A stretch of DNA of 64,000 nucleotides, from NCBI RefSeq assembly GCF_001194135.2, contig NC_068986.1, positions 51,378,297 to 51,442,296 on the forward strand. The letters run 5' to 3'. The stretch is from Octopus bimaculoides. Lineage: Eukaryota. Position numbers and translations under genes: made by a program. The notes beneath the pieces are model-generated. The model saw only the letters and a list, made by a program, of their open reading frames with translations. It made no database searches and was not told the DNA's origin. Shown here one piece after another: positions 39,543-53,488 of this stretch (its first letter is position 1; the number at the start of each line of letters is the position of its first letter).

Positions 39543-42500
39543 GGGTTGCTCAAAGCGCATACAGCAGAAGGTGAAACTACTAAAAATCACATCCTCGTCT
39601 TTTGAGAAATGAAAAGAAAGAACATATGGGATAATGTACATCTGTTTACATTATATCTTCAAAAAATAAGGAATGATCATAACTAGAACGTCTCTGATTC
39701 TGAGTGTCCGTTTGATTAACTCAGGCTTTATGTTTATTTTACCTTTTCCACTTTAAATTAGCTATAATTTATTTCAAAATTTGATAGCTTTTCGCCTCTA
39801 AGTATTTAAATAATATTAATCATTTATAGTAAGCTGTAATAAGCACTATCTATGAAGATGTTTTGAAATTATTAGCAAAAAAAAAAAAAAAAAATTCAAT
39901 CAGATTTGAAGCAAATGATGTCAAATTTCACTTGAAATAAATCAGTAAATGATTGCTAGTCTCTCATCATACATTATAATAATGATAGTTTCAGAAGAAA
40001 TACCTCCACTTATGCTATGCTACATAAGCCTTTGGAAAAACGATGTATAATCACATGTTCTTATTGTCTTAAACCAAAAATATTTGACTTACGTGCCTCA
40101 TAAAAAAACAAAGAGTGGTATTATCACTACCATAGAAAAAGACCAATTTCATAGTCAGATACGATAAATTAAGCAATGGTTTATATATGCTTTTGTAATC
40201 TCAAGATGACATTTTAAGTATTAAAATAACGAAAATAATCTCTTTCATTATTGTGGAGCTAAAAATTATCAGACGAAAACTATACAGACAAGACCTAAGT
40301 TGAATATCAGTAAGAAAATAAAATTCTATATTTGAACAATAGTTTATAATGAAGTTGCGAATATTTCTTGGGTAAAAATCATGTTGGAAATTTAGAAACC
40401 AAGAAAAAAAAACAAAACAAATTTCAATGACATTGTATAATATTTAAGGATCAGGTTGATAGTTATATTTCATACTAGCTAATGACTAAAAACTTTTAAA
40501 TTGGCATTAGTAAATAAATAACTTACTTTTATGTCAAAAGAATTAAAAAATATAAGACATTTTTTGTGAAAGGATTTTAATTTGTAGAACAAAAGAAAAA
40601 TATTAGTTCATATTTTTCCAATGAAAAAAACAAAAAAAACCCTGATATTTCATTAGCTGCAAATATATTTTAATAATCCACTAATATAATTATAATTAAT
40701 AATTTTATTAGGTATTATATGAGTAGTAAACTCAAACGCAGAAGAAAAAATATATAATAAATTATATCTCAAACTCCAGCAAACTGAAACTATAAAAATA
40801 ACCACCTAGTCTCTAATTAAAATCGATAGTTTTTATTCAGAAACTTTTTAGTAAAAAAAAAAAAAAAATCAAAACTTCATTAGGTTACTTAGTCAATCCT
40901 TTAGAATCCAGAAATAGTCTTCATGTTAAATATTATCCATGTTAATAGGATAGGCATTAAAATGTGTTAGTAAAAACAAGCATTCCCAGAACAGATTTTA
41001 CCACATTGAAGAGTTACTTTGAGCAATTTAGTTTGATACCTCTATCAGTTATGAAATGATAGGAAAAAAAGTTAGGTAGACTCCTTGTTTTAAGTCCTAT
41101 AGTCAGGATGTTATCACAATGTGATATTTGTGAAGAGAGCAAAGAAAACAGAGAAAGTGAGGAATTATGAATTAAGTGCTGAAGAAGAGTTATGAAAGAT
41201 AACAGGAAGTATGATGGGTTTTTGTTGTTTTTGATTAAAAAGAAAAATTAAAAAAAGCAGTAGCAGAAAATATTTGAAAGAGACAAAATAAAATGTTTCC
41301 TATACTCCAGAGAAATATATTCCTAGGTTGTGAAATTTAAGATTGGAAGGTTGGCAGATAAGAATGTATACTTTTAGCCCTAGTTAGTACTTTACTATTA
41401 TCCCTTTGGGATATAATATCAATGTAAATATCTTCATACTTTCTTCCAGGAATCTCAGTAACATTATGAAATCTTAATTTTCATACCCTACGCAACGTGA
41501 AACTAATTTTGTAAACATTAGAGAAATAAGAAAAACATTAATTTATGATAATTTTGAGTTGTTCAGTGTTGGAAAAAAACTAAGTCATATGAATTAAGCA
41601 AAATATCTCTGACCGAGGAATGTTTATGCTACAACTTAGTAAAAACATGAAGGCTTCAGATTCATATTTGAATATTGATAGGGAAAAAAAGTTGGCATCA
41701 CTATGGCATCTATTTCAGTTTTGTGTTCAGGATTTGATGAATGAAGAAGTTTAATTTTACCACTTTCACCTGTCTCTGCTGCTATAATGTAAGTTCACCA
41801 GGTCTGTGTGGATTGTACATAGCAGGATGTCCAAATCTTTAACAAAGACACTAACATCAAATTTACATATTTCTCTTGTTTCGAGAGAGAACATTGAAGA
41901 GCCGAGATCTCTTGAAATCCAGAATGTTGCAGAACCTTGTCATTATAGAAGGGAAAAATCAGAACTTTTGGAATTATGAAATGGTGCCTTGATCCAGGAT
42001 TCATATAAGACTTTATAGATATACATGACTGCAAATTTTCCTTTTTTTATGTTCCAACTTCAAAGTTTACAAGGCCTCTCAACTGTTCACTTGGTGCACA
42101 AAATCATTCTTATTTGAATAAGTCCTCTGGACTGTCAGTAGTGAGCTTTGTAATAGGAGTAACCACTGCTGAGGGAAATGACAGAGAACAAATGTCTTCC
42201 AGGGAATAAGCATGTGCTCTTATTCTGGATATTTTGCCATTCATCTGCATGTGGAATAGTGCATCATTGGTCATTACATTTTCCAGACACTACAGAATTT
42301 CTGACTGATACTATAATTTCTTCTGAGACTCAGTACCCAGGATGTATTGTGTTAGAGGATTGATAGCAAACTAATCTCCATTGAATTTTATGTTTATTCA
42401 GCCACTGAACTTTATGTTTCCTTCAGTACATCTTAGGCTTTTGATATCTTTGGAAGAATTTTACTGCTCATGATGGTTTAATTTTCATTGGCAAAGATTA

Positions 42501-42654
42501 TGAGAATTGCTGCACTGACAACCATGATTAAATCATATCACATGATTGCAAACAATAAAATATCCAAGATGGCCCTCTATGGTACTGCTGCTCAGTATAT
42601 GTAAACCATCAAAGAAAGTAATGTTATCTGCAACAACATACTTCTATTTTTTAG

Positions 42655-43012
42655 GGAGTCATACAGCACATGGCTCAGTAGTTAGAGCGCTGGGTTCACA
42701 ATCATGAGGTAATGAGTTCAATTCCTGGACTGGCTGTGCATTGTGTTCTTGAGCAAAGCACTTTATTTCACATTGCTCCAGTTCACTCATCCGTAGAAAT
42801 GAGTTGTGACGTCACTGGTCCCAAGCTGTATTGGCCTTTGCCTTTCCCTTGGATAACATCAGTGGCATGGAGAAGGGAGGCTGGTATGCATGGGCAACTG
42901 CTGGTCTTCCATAAACAACCTTGCCCAGTCTTGTGACTTGGAAGGGAACTTTCTAGGTGCAATCCCATGATCATCCATGACAGAAGATCTTTACCCTTTA
43001 CCCATACAGCCA
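42655..43012 (+). mobile_element. tRNA-derived SINE with a V-domain-like segment
   Basis: Head ggctcagtagttagagcg...gttcaattcctgg, then gagcaaagcactttatttcacattgctccagttcactca. Confidence 0.65.
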
Positions 43013-43525
43013 CTCTCTCATTTTCTCTAAAGTTTGTAACAATGTCCTATGCCCAAATTTGTCAAAAATCTTTGCAATGTCTCCTTATGAATGATTGAGT
43101 AACTGCTTTAGCAGCCAGTGGCTATATGAAGCAGCATAAACATGGACAACCCCCCCACCCCCCAAAAAAAACAATGAGACTAGGTATCACTTAGCAAGCT
43201 TTAGATAGACAAAGATTTTCTCCTCGATAAACATTTTCCAAGGCATTGATGATATATAATGTAGATAGTGTTCCTCTAATTCTTTGCAAACACATTTTTG
43301 CTTCTAATATGTAAACGGAATATTTTGGCCTTTCAGTAGATTTTCTTGATGGCTGCCACTTTTAATACAGCTTTCAATAGTTAACCTAAGCATCTTGGTA
43401 AGAATTTGTTTTACATATGAGAATATATAACATAAAACACATACACACAAATATATAAACAAATACTCATACACATATATATATATATAAATGCATGTAT
43501 ACATATGCAAACATGGGTACATACA

Positions 43526-43565
<40 letters not shown>

Positions 43566-43689
43566 TGCACACCTACATATAAATATATATAATGCATGCA
43601 GAGATACATATCTATGAGTGTGCATAATATGAATATACACTACATATATAAACATACACTCAAATTCACATATGTGTGAGTGTGAAGTT

Positions 43690-44165
43690 CACTTGCCAAC
43701 CACATGGTTTCAGGTTCAATCTCACTGCATGCCAATTCAGTAAAATATTTTCTACTGTAGCCTTGCGAATAGATTTGGTACACAGAAATTAAAAGAAGCT
43801 ACCTGTGTGTGTGTCTCTGTGCACACACACACACACACACATGCATATGCATCAGTGTGAGTTCATATTTTCCCTCATTTTCACATGCGTCCAACCCATG
43901 CAAGCTGGTTGCACACAATGACCTTACTGCTCATGTACACGGTGCTATTTGCTTGCAGTTCACCACAAAAACATGTCTGGGCTCCTTGATACATCTTGAC
44001 ATGTTGCACAATCTTTGCAAACAAAATATTCCTTCATGCACTGTCTCCATCTGTTTCCACTTCTCTGTATAACTATGTTCAAATTGTTTGTTGTTCAATG
44101 GACTGAGTGACTATTGTCTTGCTTCAAAAGCAGGTGGGTATTGGCGACTGGAAGTGCAGCCACAT
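43690..44165 (+). mobile_element. decayed OK-like composite SINE
   Basis: Head, then (TG/CA)n, then a body ending ggtattggcgactggaag. Confidence 0.55.
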
Positions 44166-44314
44166 TTAGAAAAATCTCTTAACTTCAATGCATTGCTATG
44201 TGGCCAATGCAAGTATGAGGAAGCAGGTATTTAGACAATGATTAGGGCAATGATGTGTAAATATCCATTGAACAATATAAAATTGATATACATACATATA
44301 TGTATGTATATATA

Positions 44315-44355
<41 letters not shown>

Positions 44356-46014
44356 NNNNNNNNNNNNNNNNNNNNNNNNNNNNNNNNNNNNNNNNNNNNN
44401 NNNNNNNNNNNNNNNNNNNNNNNNNNNNNNNNNNNNNNNNNNNNNNNNNNNNNNNNNNNNNNNNNNNNNNNNNNNNNNNNNNNNNNNNNNNNNNNNNNNN
44501 NNNNNNNNNNNNNNNNNNNNNNNNNNNNNNNNNNNNNNNNNNNNNNNNNNNNNNNNNNNNNNNNNNNNNNNNNNNNNNNNNNNNNNNNNNNNNNNNNNNN
44601 NNNNNNNNNNNNNNNNNNNNNNNNNNNNNNNNNNNNNNNNNNNNNNNNNNNNNNNNNNNNNNNNNNNNNNNNNNNNNNNNNNNNNNNNNNNNNNNNNNNN
44701 NNNNNNNNNNNNNTGAATGCAATCAGACATCACTGCAACAAAAAGTCTACATCTGCGAGCTAGCTAGCAAACTATATAAGCATCTAAAAAGTCTAAAGCT
44801 ATTACAGCAAGCAAGACTAATAGAATATCATTAATTTACTTTAATAAAATCAAAACTCAATATGCTAAAATGGGAGAAAAGGAACAAAATTTGAACAGAA
44901 ATTTTGAATTTATATTTCATTTTCTGTTAATTGAACTATTCTTCCAATCAACAAGATGCTATTATACTACTGGATTCTGTTTGGAGAGCTAATTAAGTGT
45001 AAAAGTAGTTCCAAGGAATTCTGGTGTTGTGTGACAAACTTTCTTGAAAGACACCAGACTGAAAATATCAATTTTATTACCATGTTAAAATATTGCACTT
45101 TAAGCTTGGCAAGATTTCTGTTGCTGTCATATCTATTCTTGAATTTGAAATTATTGTTATCTCACTTCATCAAAATCAAATTATGTTAAAGGCTGTATAA
45201 GTCAAAGACCCTGTTTGTTAGGCATGACACAGATATATTGAAGTACATTTACATACAGTAACACACACTCAATTGCATTTTGTTTATGTTGTACTCCTAG
45301 CTTAATTTTATTGGATAAGATATCATCAGTATGTGCATACTAAATGATGTGTCATAAGCTAAGATACATCAGATTTAATTCTATTATTCTTCTGACATCA
45401 CATATAATACTATTGAGTTTATGTGTATTAAAATGTGAGTGCTTTAACCTGGTGGTGTGAAGAAACACTCAATGCACTCTGAAAAGTGGTTGGTGCTTGA
45501 AAGAGCATCTAGTCATAGAAATGATGCCAAAGTTGACACAGAATCTTGACACAGCTCTAAGGCTTGCCAGATACTGCCGAAATGTCCAACACATGCCAGC
45601 ATAGAAAATGGATGTTAAATATTGATGATGATGTATTTGTATGCAATACCTTCAGTGTCTATGAATAAAAGTCTCATTATCATCAATCATGGTATGTTAC
45701 AATCTGATTTCAGTATTTATTTGCAGTATACAAAGATGTATTTTTAGGCTATTAGTTTCTCTGCCTGATGTGTCCATTTGTGAATCTTAGTCTTGTTAGA
45801 TGTTTATGTCTCAAAGAGAGATCCATAAGAACCAGTTCATTACAGCCCAGATAGGATAAAAAACAAAAAACCCCAAAAAGGAAGTTTTTTTTTCATGGAC
45901 TGAACTGTCTCAAAGTTCTAGATTCACCTGCTTGTGAGAAATTAACTTTACTGTTCAATGATGATTACTCATGATCCCAGTGGTTGGAAACAGCAAACTG
46001 CTAACTAGAATATA

Positions 46015-46410
46015 TGGGTGCAAGTGTAGCCGTGTGGTTAATAAGCTTACTTCCTGACCAGTTGGCTCTAGGTTTAGTCCCACTGTGTTGCACCTTGTGC
46101 AGATGTCTTCTATAATCCCTGGCCTACCAAAGCATTGTAAGATGGAAACTAACCAAAAGGAGCCCATTATAGATATATACATATATGTGTGTGTGTATGA
46201 TCGTTGCAAACAAGTGTTACTCACATACAAACTGTGTCCTTTGCTTCCAAGCATCTGTGAAAACATGTTCAGCCATGGGGAAATATTAGCTAACTTGGAA
46301 ATAGATGGGGGTTGGTGATAGGAAAGGCATCCAGCCATTGAAAAATCTGCCTTCACAAATGTTGTCCAACCCATGCAGGCATAGAAAAGTGGCCATTCAA
46401 ATAATAAAGA
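46015..46410 (+). mobile_element. OK-like composite SINE ending in an RTE-type tail
   Basis: tRNA head, microsatellite, then ttggtgataggaaaggcatccagcc...tccaacccatgcaggcatagaaaagtgg. Confidence 0.7.
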
Positions 46411-48212
46411 ATATAGTTCTTGGCACTAAGTATGAACTGACAGAAAGATATCAGATCATATCGAATATTTTCTCTCATTCTGCAGTATCAGCATGCATCT
46501 GAAGTTTGGTGTGTTATGTGTATTATGTAAAGTACACAAGTTTTTATTTATTTATTTACTGTCTTATATCCATTTTCCAAAGTAGTATGTGGTGATGGCT
46601 TGTTTTTAGTTATTAATATTATTGTTGGTGAAGCAAATGTTTTTACACCTGGATGTTCTTATTCCTATACATGCAATTCCTCCTACACACTTAAGTAGGA
46701 GTGGAACAAGCACTTTTGTCTGCCAAGCAAACTGGAGCAAACAGAGTTATGTGCATCATTCAGGGATACAACATAACTGGATGCAGTAATATACCATTTT
46801 AATCTTACAGTGTTATACACACAACCAATATATATTGTTACATATGGGTTTGTTTTTTTAATCTATTCAGGAGAGGTGGGAATATAATCAGTTTAAATAT
46901 AATACCACTTTCATAACTCCTAGAGAGATAGAGAAGATAAAAGCAACTCTACTCCTTTGGCAGTCATTCAGAAATTGAGGATGACTTGGAAGCATATACA
47001 GAGTGTTCAAAAATCATCTTTACTACTTCCACAATTTATAGTATCTATCAAAGTTGAGATCCAGCAATTGACTTCTTTGCAAACAATGAAGCCCATGTGG
47101 AAGTGTTCTGCTGTTTATAACAAAGCTATTTCTTTGTCCATGTTCTCCAATAAATTCTGCTAATTTAGCCTTATTTTTTGCATTTTTCTAAATTTTTCAA
47201 ATTGTAAAAGGTAATTTATAGACTATTCTTGTTAATTATTTTTTTTTAGATTCCTACATAGTTGAGAGTAGACACTGAAACCCTCTTGGTTCCTCCACTC
47301 TCGACTCAACAGAGCATACAGGATATCTCAGATGGATGGAAAGAGGGCTGCATGAGCATCAAGCACTTGGCTAGTGTTCATTTTTGGCTGAGTTGATTGA
47401 AGCAACATGAAATGAATTATCTTGCTCAATTATCTTGCCTAACCTAGGAATTGAACCCATAACCTTATGATCATGAACTAAGTCTTTGAACTACTAGACA
47501 AATCAAGTGGAAACTAAATATACTATACAAACTGATCCTTCTCTTTTCCTTCTTTGCCAGTTTTAGCATTAAGCACCAATATAAAACAGGGTATGGGATA
47601 TTTCTAGTACATGAATCAGCTGTCCCTTTATACATATATATTTTTACTTAATATATTCTCATGGCTGGCTGCCGACAAATTTTTCTGCTCTTAAGAAAAA
47701 AGGATTTTATCCTTTATATCTATACTGTTCAGTATTTATGCGTTGAATAAAATTTATCTTTCTACTTGTTTTATATATAATAATTAGTGAAGCAAAAGTT
47801 CAAGTGCTATTGTTTTGTTTTTTTTTGATATTTTATGCAAAAGGGCTTTCAAGAGAAAAAAAAAATGAGGAGGAAATAAAACAGAAGACTAAAGTTTAAA
47901 GATTTGGAAAAGAGAAAAATAGTAAAGAGAAAGGAGGTAGAATAATGCTATTTAGCAGACAAGCAGTAAAGAGTAAGTTTGACTAGCAAGCAGATGAGAA
48001 AGATTGAGTAAAGAGTGAGTGAGCTAGTGAGTACTAAAAAGGAGCCTTTCAAATTAGATTAAAAAAAGAAGTGTTTGAAAGAAAGGAACGAAAGGATAAA
48101 AAAAAAAAGAAAGTGATGTAAGAAGGTAAGTGAAGAAATAACCATTGCTAATAGAAAATGAGAAAAGATATTTGGTGGTAGCATTTTTTTTTTTCTTTGT
48201 TTGTTTTCTTAC

Positions 48213-48215
48213 CTT
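48213..48215 (-). CDS. SLC8A: candidate 3-nt microexon (AAG) of the NCX gene
   Basis: Minus strand reads ttttctgtttttgtttttcag|AAG|gtaaga. It preserves frame after the phase-1 end of the 100-nt exon (G|AA = Glu). No transcript support available. Confidence 0.5.
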
Positions 48216-48404
48216 CTGAAAAACAAAAACAGAAAACTCAAGTTTTTTTCTGCTTTCAGTTTAAAATGTCTTCCAAAGACTCCAGCAAGAAGCAATGCAT
48301 ACAATAAAAAAAAAAATGGGAAAGAGAGAGAGAGAAAGAAAGAGAGAAAGAGGTTTGCATTATTAACATATACAAAAAGTAACATCATCAATATTAAACC
48401 ATAG

Positions 48405-48489
<85 letters not shown>

Positions 48490-49202
48490 TATGTGCATAT
48501 ACACAAACACATACATGCATACTGCATTCCTGCAATACATACACAGTTATGGTCACATGAACCCACTGACAAAAGCCTGGACAATAAGGGATCTTAATGC
48601 AAATAGAGGGAAATAATTTCAAGGGGCACCAAAAATAGAAAACACGTGTATGTGTATGGGGGGGGGAGATTTAGCAATGAAAATAAGAAATATTAGTGAA
48701 AGAGGGAAAGGGTGAGGGAACTGATAGGAACAAAAGAGAAAAGATGACAAGGAGGAGAGGGGGAGATAGACAGACAAGAAAACTTTTGATTTGCAAAACA
48801 ACCAATGAAAAACTAAAAAAGAAAGAAAGAATAAAGAATTGGCCAAGTACATGGTATCTTGGAAAAGTATCTTGCACCATAGCCTTGAGTCGTCCCAAGG
48901 TAGAGAGGAACTGTTTGGAAGCATATCAAAGGAAACTGTCCTTGTAATTCTCAGGCCCAGCCTTGTCACATAGTCATGCTAATTCTCCTTGAGTGTTATG
49001 TTAAGGGTACTTAGCCACTGGTACCTTAATTCAGAGAAGGATGTTCCATTGATCAAACCATTGGAACACACATTGTCGAAATCAGACGGAGAGAGAGAGA
49101 GAGATAGGTGGGGGTGGATGGAAATAAAAGAGGAGAAAGAGTAAACGAGAGGTCACAACAGGTAGGACTTGAGCTTCATGCCCACTAAAGATCACTAATA
49201 TC

Positions 49203-49657
49203 CCACCTGTACCAGTAGATCACTAAGAACACCGTCCGAGCTTGATCGTTGCCAGAGCACCAGCTGTCTGGTTTCCGTGCCGGTGGCACATAAATAGCAC
49301 CATTTGAGCGTGATCGTTACCAACGTCGCCTTCCTGGCATGTGAAAAGACATTCGAGCAAGTTCGTTGCCAGCACCGCTGGACTGGCTCCTGTGCAGGTG
49401 GCACGTAAAATGCACCATTTTGAGCGTGGCCATTGCAAATACCTCCTGACTGGCCTTCGTGCCGGTGGCACATAAAAGCACCCACTACACTCTTGGAGTG
49501 GTTGGCGTTAGGAAGGGCATCCAGCTGTAGAAACTCTGCCAAATCAGATTGGAGCCTGGTGTAGCCATCTGGTTCACCAGTCCTCAGTCAAATCGTCCAA
49601 CCCATGCTAGCATGGAAAGCGGACGTTAAACGATGATGATGATGATGATAATGATGA
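49203..49657 (+). mobile_element. RTE LINE 3' UTR copy (5'-truncated)
   Basis: Colinear with 16775-17206, including the repeated gtgccggtggcac units and the (GAT)n tail. Confidence 0.88.
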
Positions 49658-50471
49658 CAGAGCTACCTGTGTACAACTATAGTAAGGATTTAAACATAGT
49701 TACAAAAGCACATAATGAACTCTGCATGCTTTATAACAAACATATATCATGGCACTTTAAATTTTATGCATGTAAGCCATAACGCACATAAGCAACATTA
49801 TATACATAGATACATATGCATATATAAAGTACACATATCTACACTACTCTCGTGATTTCTGTTTTAGTAGTTAATTTGATAGGTTTTTGTTTTGTGCCTT
49901 GCATAAACTGACAGGAAACGAAATTTGACTGTAAATAAGGCTGACTGCTACAGTTGTAAGAAGCAGAAACTGCACAACTAAGCAAAGAGCAAAAAAAAAC
50001 ACCAACAGCCAAAACAATGAGATACTGGATGAAATACAATGAAGCTTCACTGTAAACAAGCATAACAAAACAAAAAACAGAAGGGGGAAATATCTAGCAA
50101 CAGGCATGGCAGGGAACAATAATATGGAGTTTGGTGGGAGAAATACACTTTTGAGAATCAAAGAAGGGAGACAAATCAAAATCTTAGGCTGAATTTTGTT
50201 GTCACAGCAAAAAGGTTTTTCATTATGAAAAATAATCTTTTCTTCATTGCTTCCATCTGGCTAGCTGGCTTTAATGGATGGATTTATAAGTTTTATTTGC
50301 CTATTATTAATTAATTAATTAATTTATTTATTTATATGCATTTCACAAGAGAAATGAGGCAACTGTGAAAGAGAGAGAAATACCATCGTTCACAAGTAGT
50401 CACCAGAGTTCTCCACGGAATGAGTTACACTATATCTGTATTCTCTTCTTAATAATAATAATGATGATGAT

Positions 50472-51122
50472 GGACTCTCCAATGTATGAGTGTTCAGCTT
50501 TTGCTGAATGACCTGCACAAATGATTTGTTTACTGTGATCAAATGCATGTGCTGTACATAGCTCACTCCCTCCATCAAATTGACATTGCCCAGACAGGTG
50601 CACGGTGTACCAAGCGTCAGGTGTTGAAGTGATCTCCAGAGCAATGAGAGATGAAGTGTTTTGCTCAAGAATACAATACACCACCTGGTCTAAGAATTGA
50701 AACCACAATGTTGCAATCATAAGTGCAACACCCTAACCACTAGGCCAATAATAATAATAATAATGACAACGACAAAAATGATAACATTAACGGTAATATT
50801 ATTGATATTAAAATTATCATTATTATTATCATCATCATTATTATTGGCCTAGTGGTTAAAATGTTGCACTCACAATAGCAAGATTGTGGTTTCAATTCCT
50901 AGACTGGGTGGTGCATTGTATTCTTGAGCGAAACACTTCATTTCATGTTGCTCTATGATTACTTTGACACCTGACAAGTAGTACACCATGCACCTATTCA
51001 GGCAACATCGATTTGATGGTGGAGAGAGTAGAGCACACACATTTGATCACTATAAACAGATCATCTGTGCAGGTCATTTGGCAAAAAGAAGCACTTATAT
51101 GTCATTTTTGATGGGAGAGTCC
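50472..51122. mobile_element. head-to-head inverted pair of family-C SINEs
   Basis: Arms at 50472-50746 (-) and 50846-51122 (+). Both begin ggcctagtggtt and end ggagagtcc, with a spacer of about 100 bp. Confidence 0.85.
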
Positions 51123-52639
51123 ATCGTTATTATGTGCTAATGAATGCCAGCAGCACTATTGAATAGGGGAATCAAACAGGTAGATGGGTAGGGTAGGTAA
51201 GCAGCCACAACCATACAATGTGAAGCAAGAGGTCAAAACTGAAAGGTCACAATATTGGTTGGGTACAGGAACAAAATCAATAATAAAAATAAAAAGAGAA
51301 AAAATTACTTTAGAAATTCTATTGGAAAAGCCGAAATTATATAATGTTTATAATTATTTCAATTTTGGAAACTAAATTTTGTTGAAAGAATTTTTTTTAA
51401 ATAGAAAAAGAAATTTTTTTTTTATTTTATGTATATGAAACAAAAATTAAAATGAAAAAAAGGAAAAGTATAAAAAATAAAAAGAAACAAAAAATACAAA
51501 ACAAAAAGTAAAACAAAATAAGAAACAAAAGAAAAGAAATAAAATTCTTTTAAAATGATGTAAAAACAAAAGAAAAATACAGTAATGGGAAGGGTGAGAA
51601 ATAATAGCAATAATAATAATAATATTATTATTGTTATTATTATTTTCTTATTTAGACACAATGCTGGTCATAGGGTGAAGGAGAACAGTGAAATATATTG
51701 ACCCACAGTAATTGACTGGTACTCATTTTTTTAAAAATCAATCTTGGAAGGATGAAAGGTGAAGTTGCCCTCTTATACTTCCAGGCTTGATTTGATAATA
51801 GTAAGAAGAGGAAGAATGTAACAATGAAGAAAAATTTTACAAATGGTACATTAAAAACAGTGTGACAGCATAGCAAATAATATCAAAATCATTCATAAAC
51901 ATGTTCAAACAGGGTTTACAACCAATACGGAGAAGAGTTTTGCGAGAGTCTCTGGATGAAATGATAACACCTTTTTGTGATGCAAAAATGCAGCGAGAGT
52001 TTTCATCAGAAAACTGGTCAAACTTTAATAGTCATCAGATAGGCTTCTAAAAACAACTGACACTCAAACTGTCAATATTGATAAGAATGGCAGCATGTTT
52101 CATATGTTTAACAGACTTTATAACGAAATAGTTTGAATCTCAGCTGCCAGTTTTGTAAGAGGAGGAGCTATAATTGCTTGAATCAACATCTAGAATGTTG
52201 CTATACTTATCTTAGCAACAAGCACGAATTTCAGTTCAAATTTGTGTGGCATTTTGGTGTATATCTCAACTTGTATTTCTGTCATTGAAATAATAATTAT
52301 TTTTTCACATATGTAGTAGTTGCTGAGATATTTTTCAAGAGTAGAACACAAATTTGTGACATTCATCATACTTTAACCAAAAGGCAAAAGTGATGAAAAG
52401 GAATAAAATAAAATGTTTCCAGCCCAGCTGAGAATGGAAACTAAGTCATTGAGAATTTACTCCATTGTAGTGGAGCTCATTCATTAATAACAATAACAGT
52501 GAGAATAACAATAAAATAGTTATCATTTTGGTCTATATTCATACATTGAATGCATATCATATCATCTATATACATATATATAAAACGTGCAGATAGATTT
52601 TATAATCACTCAGTATGTATGTGTGTGTGTGTGTGTATG

Positions 52640-53445
52640 TATCTTCTATTTTTTAATTATTATAAATCTTCCACTGAGGAGGCAGCAGGTTTCCAACAAA
52701 GATACAAGGCTCCATCTTTGGGATGTAGTTAGCGCAGACAAATTCACATTTGGAGCCAGAGAAAAGTCTTGCATATTTTTACTGTTCCACTCACAGATTG
52801 CACTTGTAATGTATGAATTAGCCGGTCGATTTCTCTTTCTGAAAATTCCAGTTTATCTAGATTCTCCTTTAAGTATTTACAAACAAAATCTAGTTCTCCA
52901 ATTATTATTGGTATGAATATGAATTCATAGTCTAGATATAGAGGCTGGAGGTTTTGAAGCAGCTGTCCATAAATATTTTGTTTTTGATTTTCAAAGAGAT
53001 ATTTATATCTGCAGAGCAGCTGACCTCTATGATGGTACATACCTTTGCCCCTCTGTCCCAAACAACAACATCCGGCCTGTTATGTTTACATTTGACAGAA
53101 GTTTTGATGGGAATATTCCATCAGTATTCCTTGAGTTGGTGTTTATGAATGTATTCCATAACAGAGGGATTTTTTCTAAGTTTATTTCAGGACAATCTTT
53201 TTTGCAGATGGCATTGTAAATTGTTTTAGCAACAATATTGTGCCGCATAAGGAGGTAGTACCATGATGACATTTTAAGACAGCTGCTAATCACATGCATG
53301 ATGTCTTCTACAGAAACGTGACATAGCTAACACATGAGGTTGCACCTTGGGATTACAAGAGCGTCACTGTATGCATAATGATTGCATTGTTCAATTAAAT
53401 GGAACTACTTGAAACAGTTGTACTGCATTACTACTTGATATCCTG
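52640..53445 (-). mobile_element. Dong/R4-type non-LTR retrotransposon 3' end (CCHC knuckle + restriction-like endonuclease), pseudogenised
   Basis: C*LCHVSVEDIMHVISSC, RHNIVA, HNRPDVVVWD...IIEVSC and FIPIIIG..GTVKICKTF, with stops and frameshifts. Confidence 0.9.
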
Positions 53446-53457
53446 TTGCTTATTTTG

Positions 53458-53488
<31 letters not shown>

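Noticed and set aside
48253-48310. Plus-strand acceptor followed by FKMSSKDSSKKQCIQ-stop
   Set aside because: No upstream partner exons or homology were recognised.
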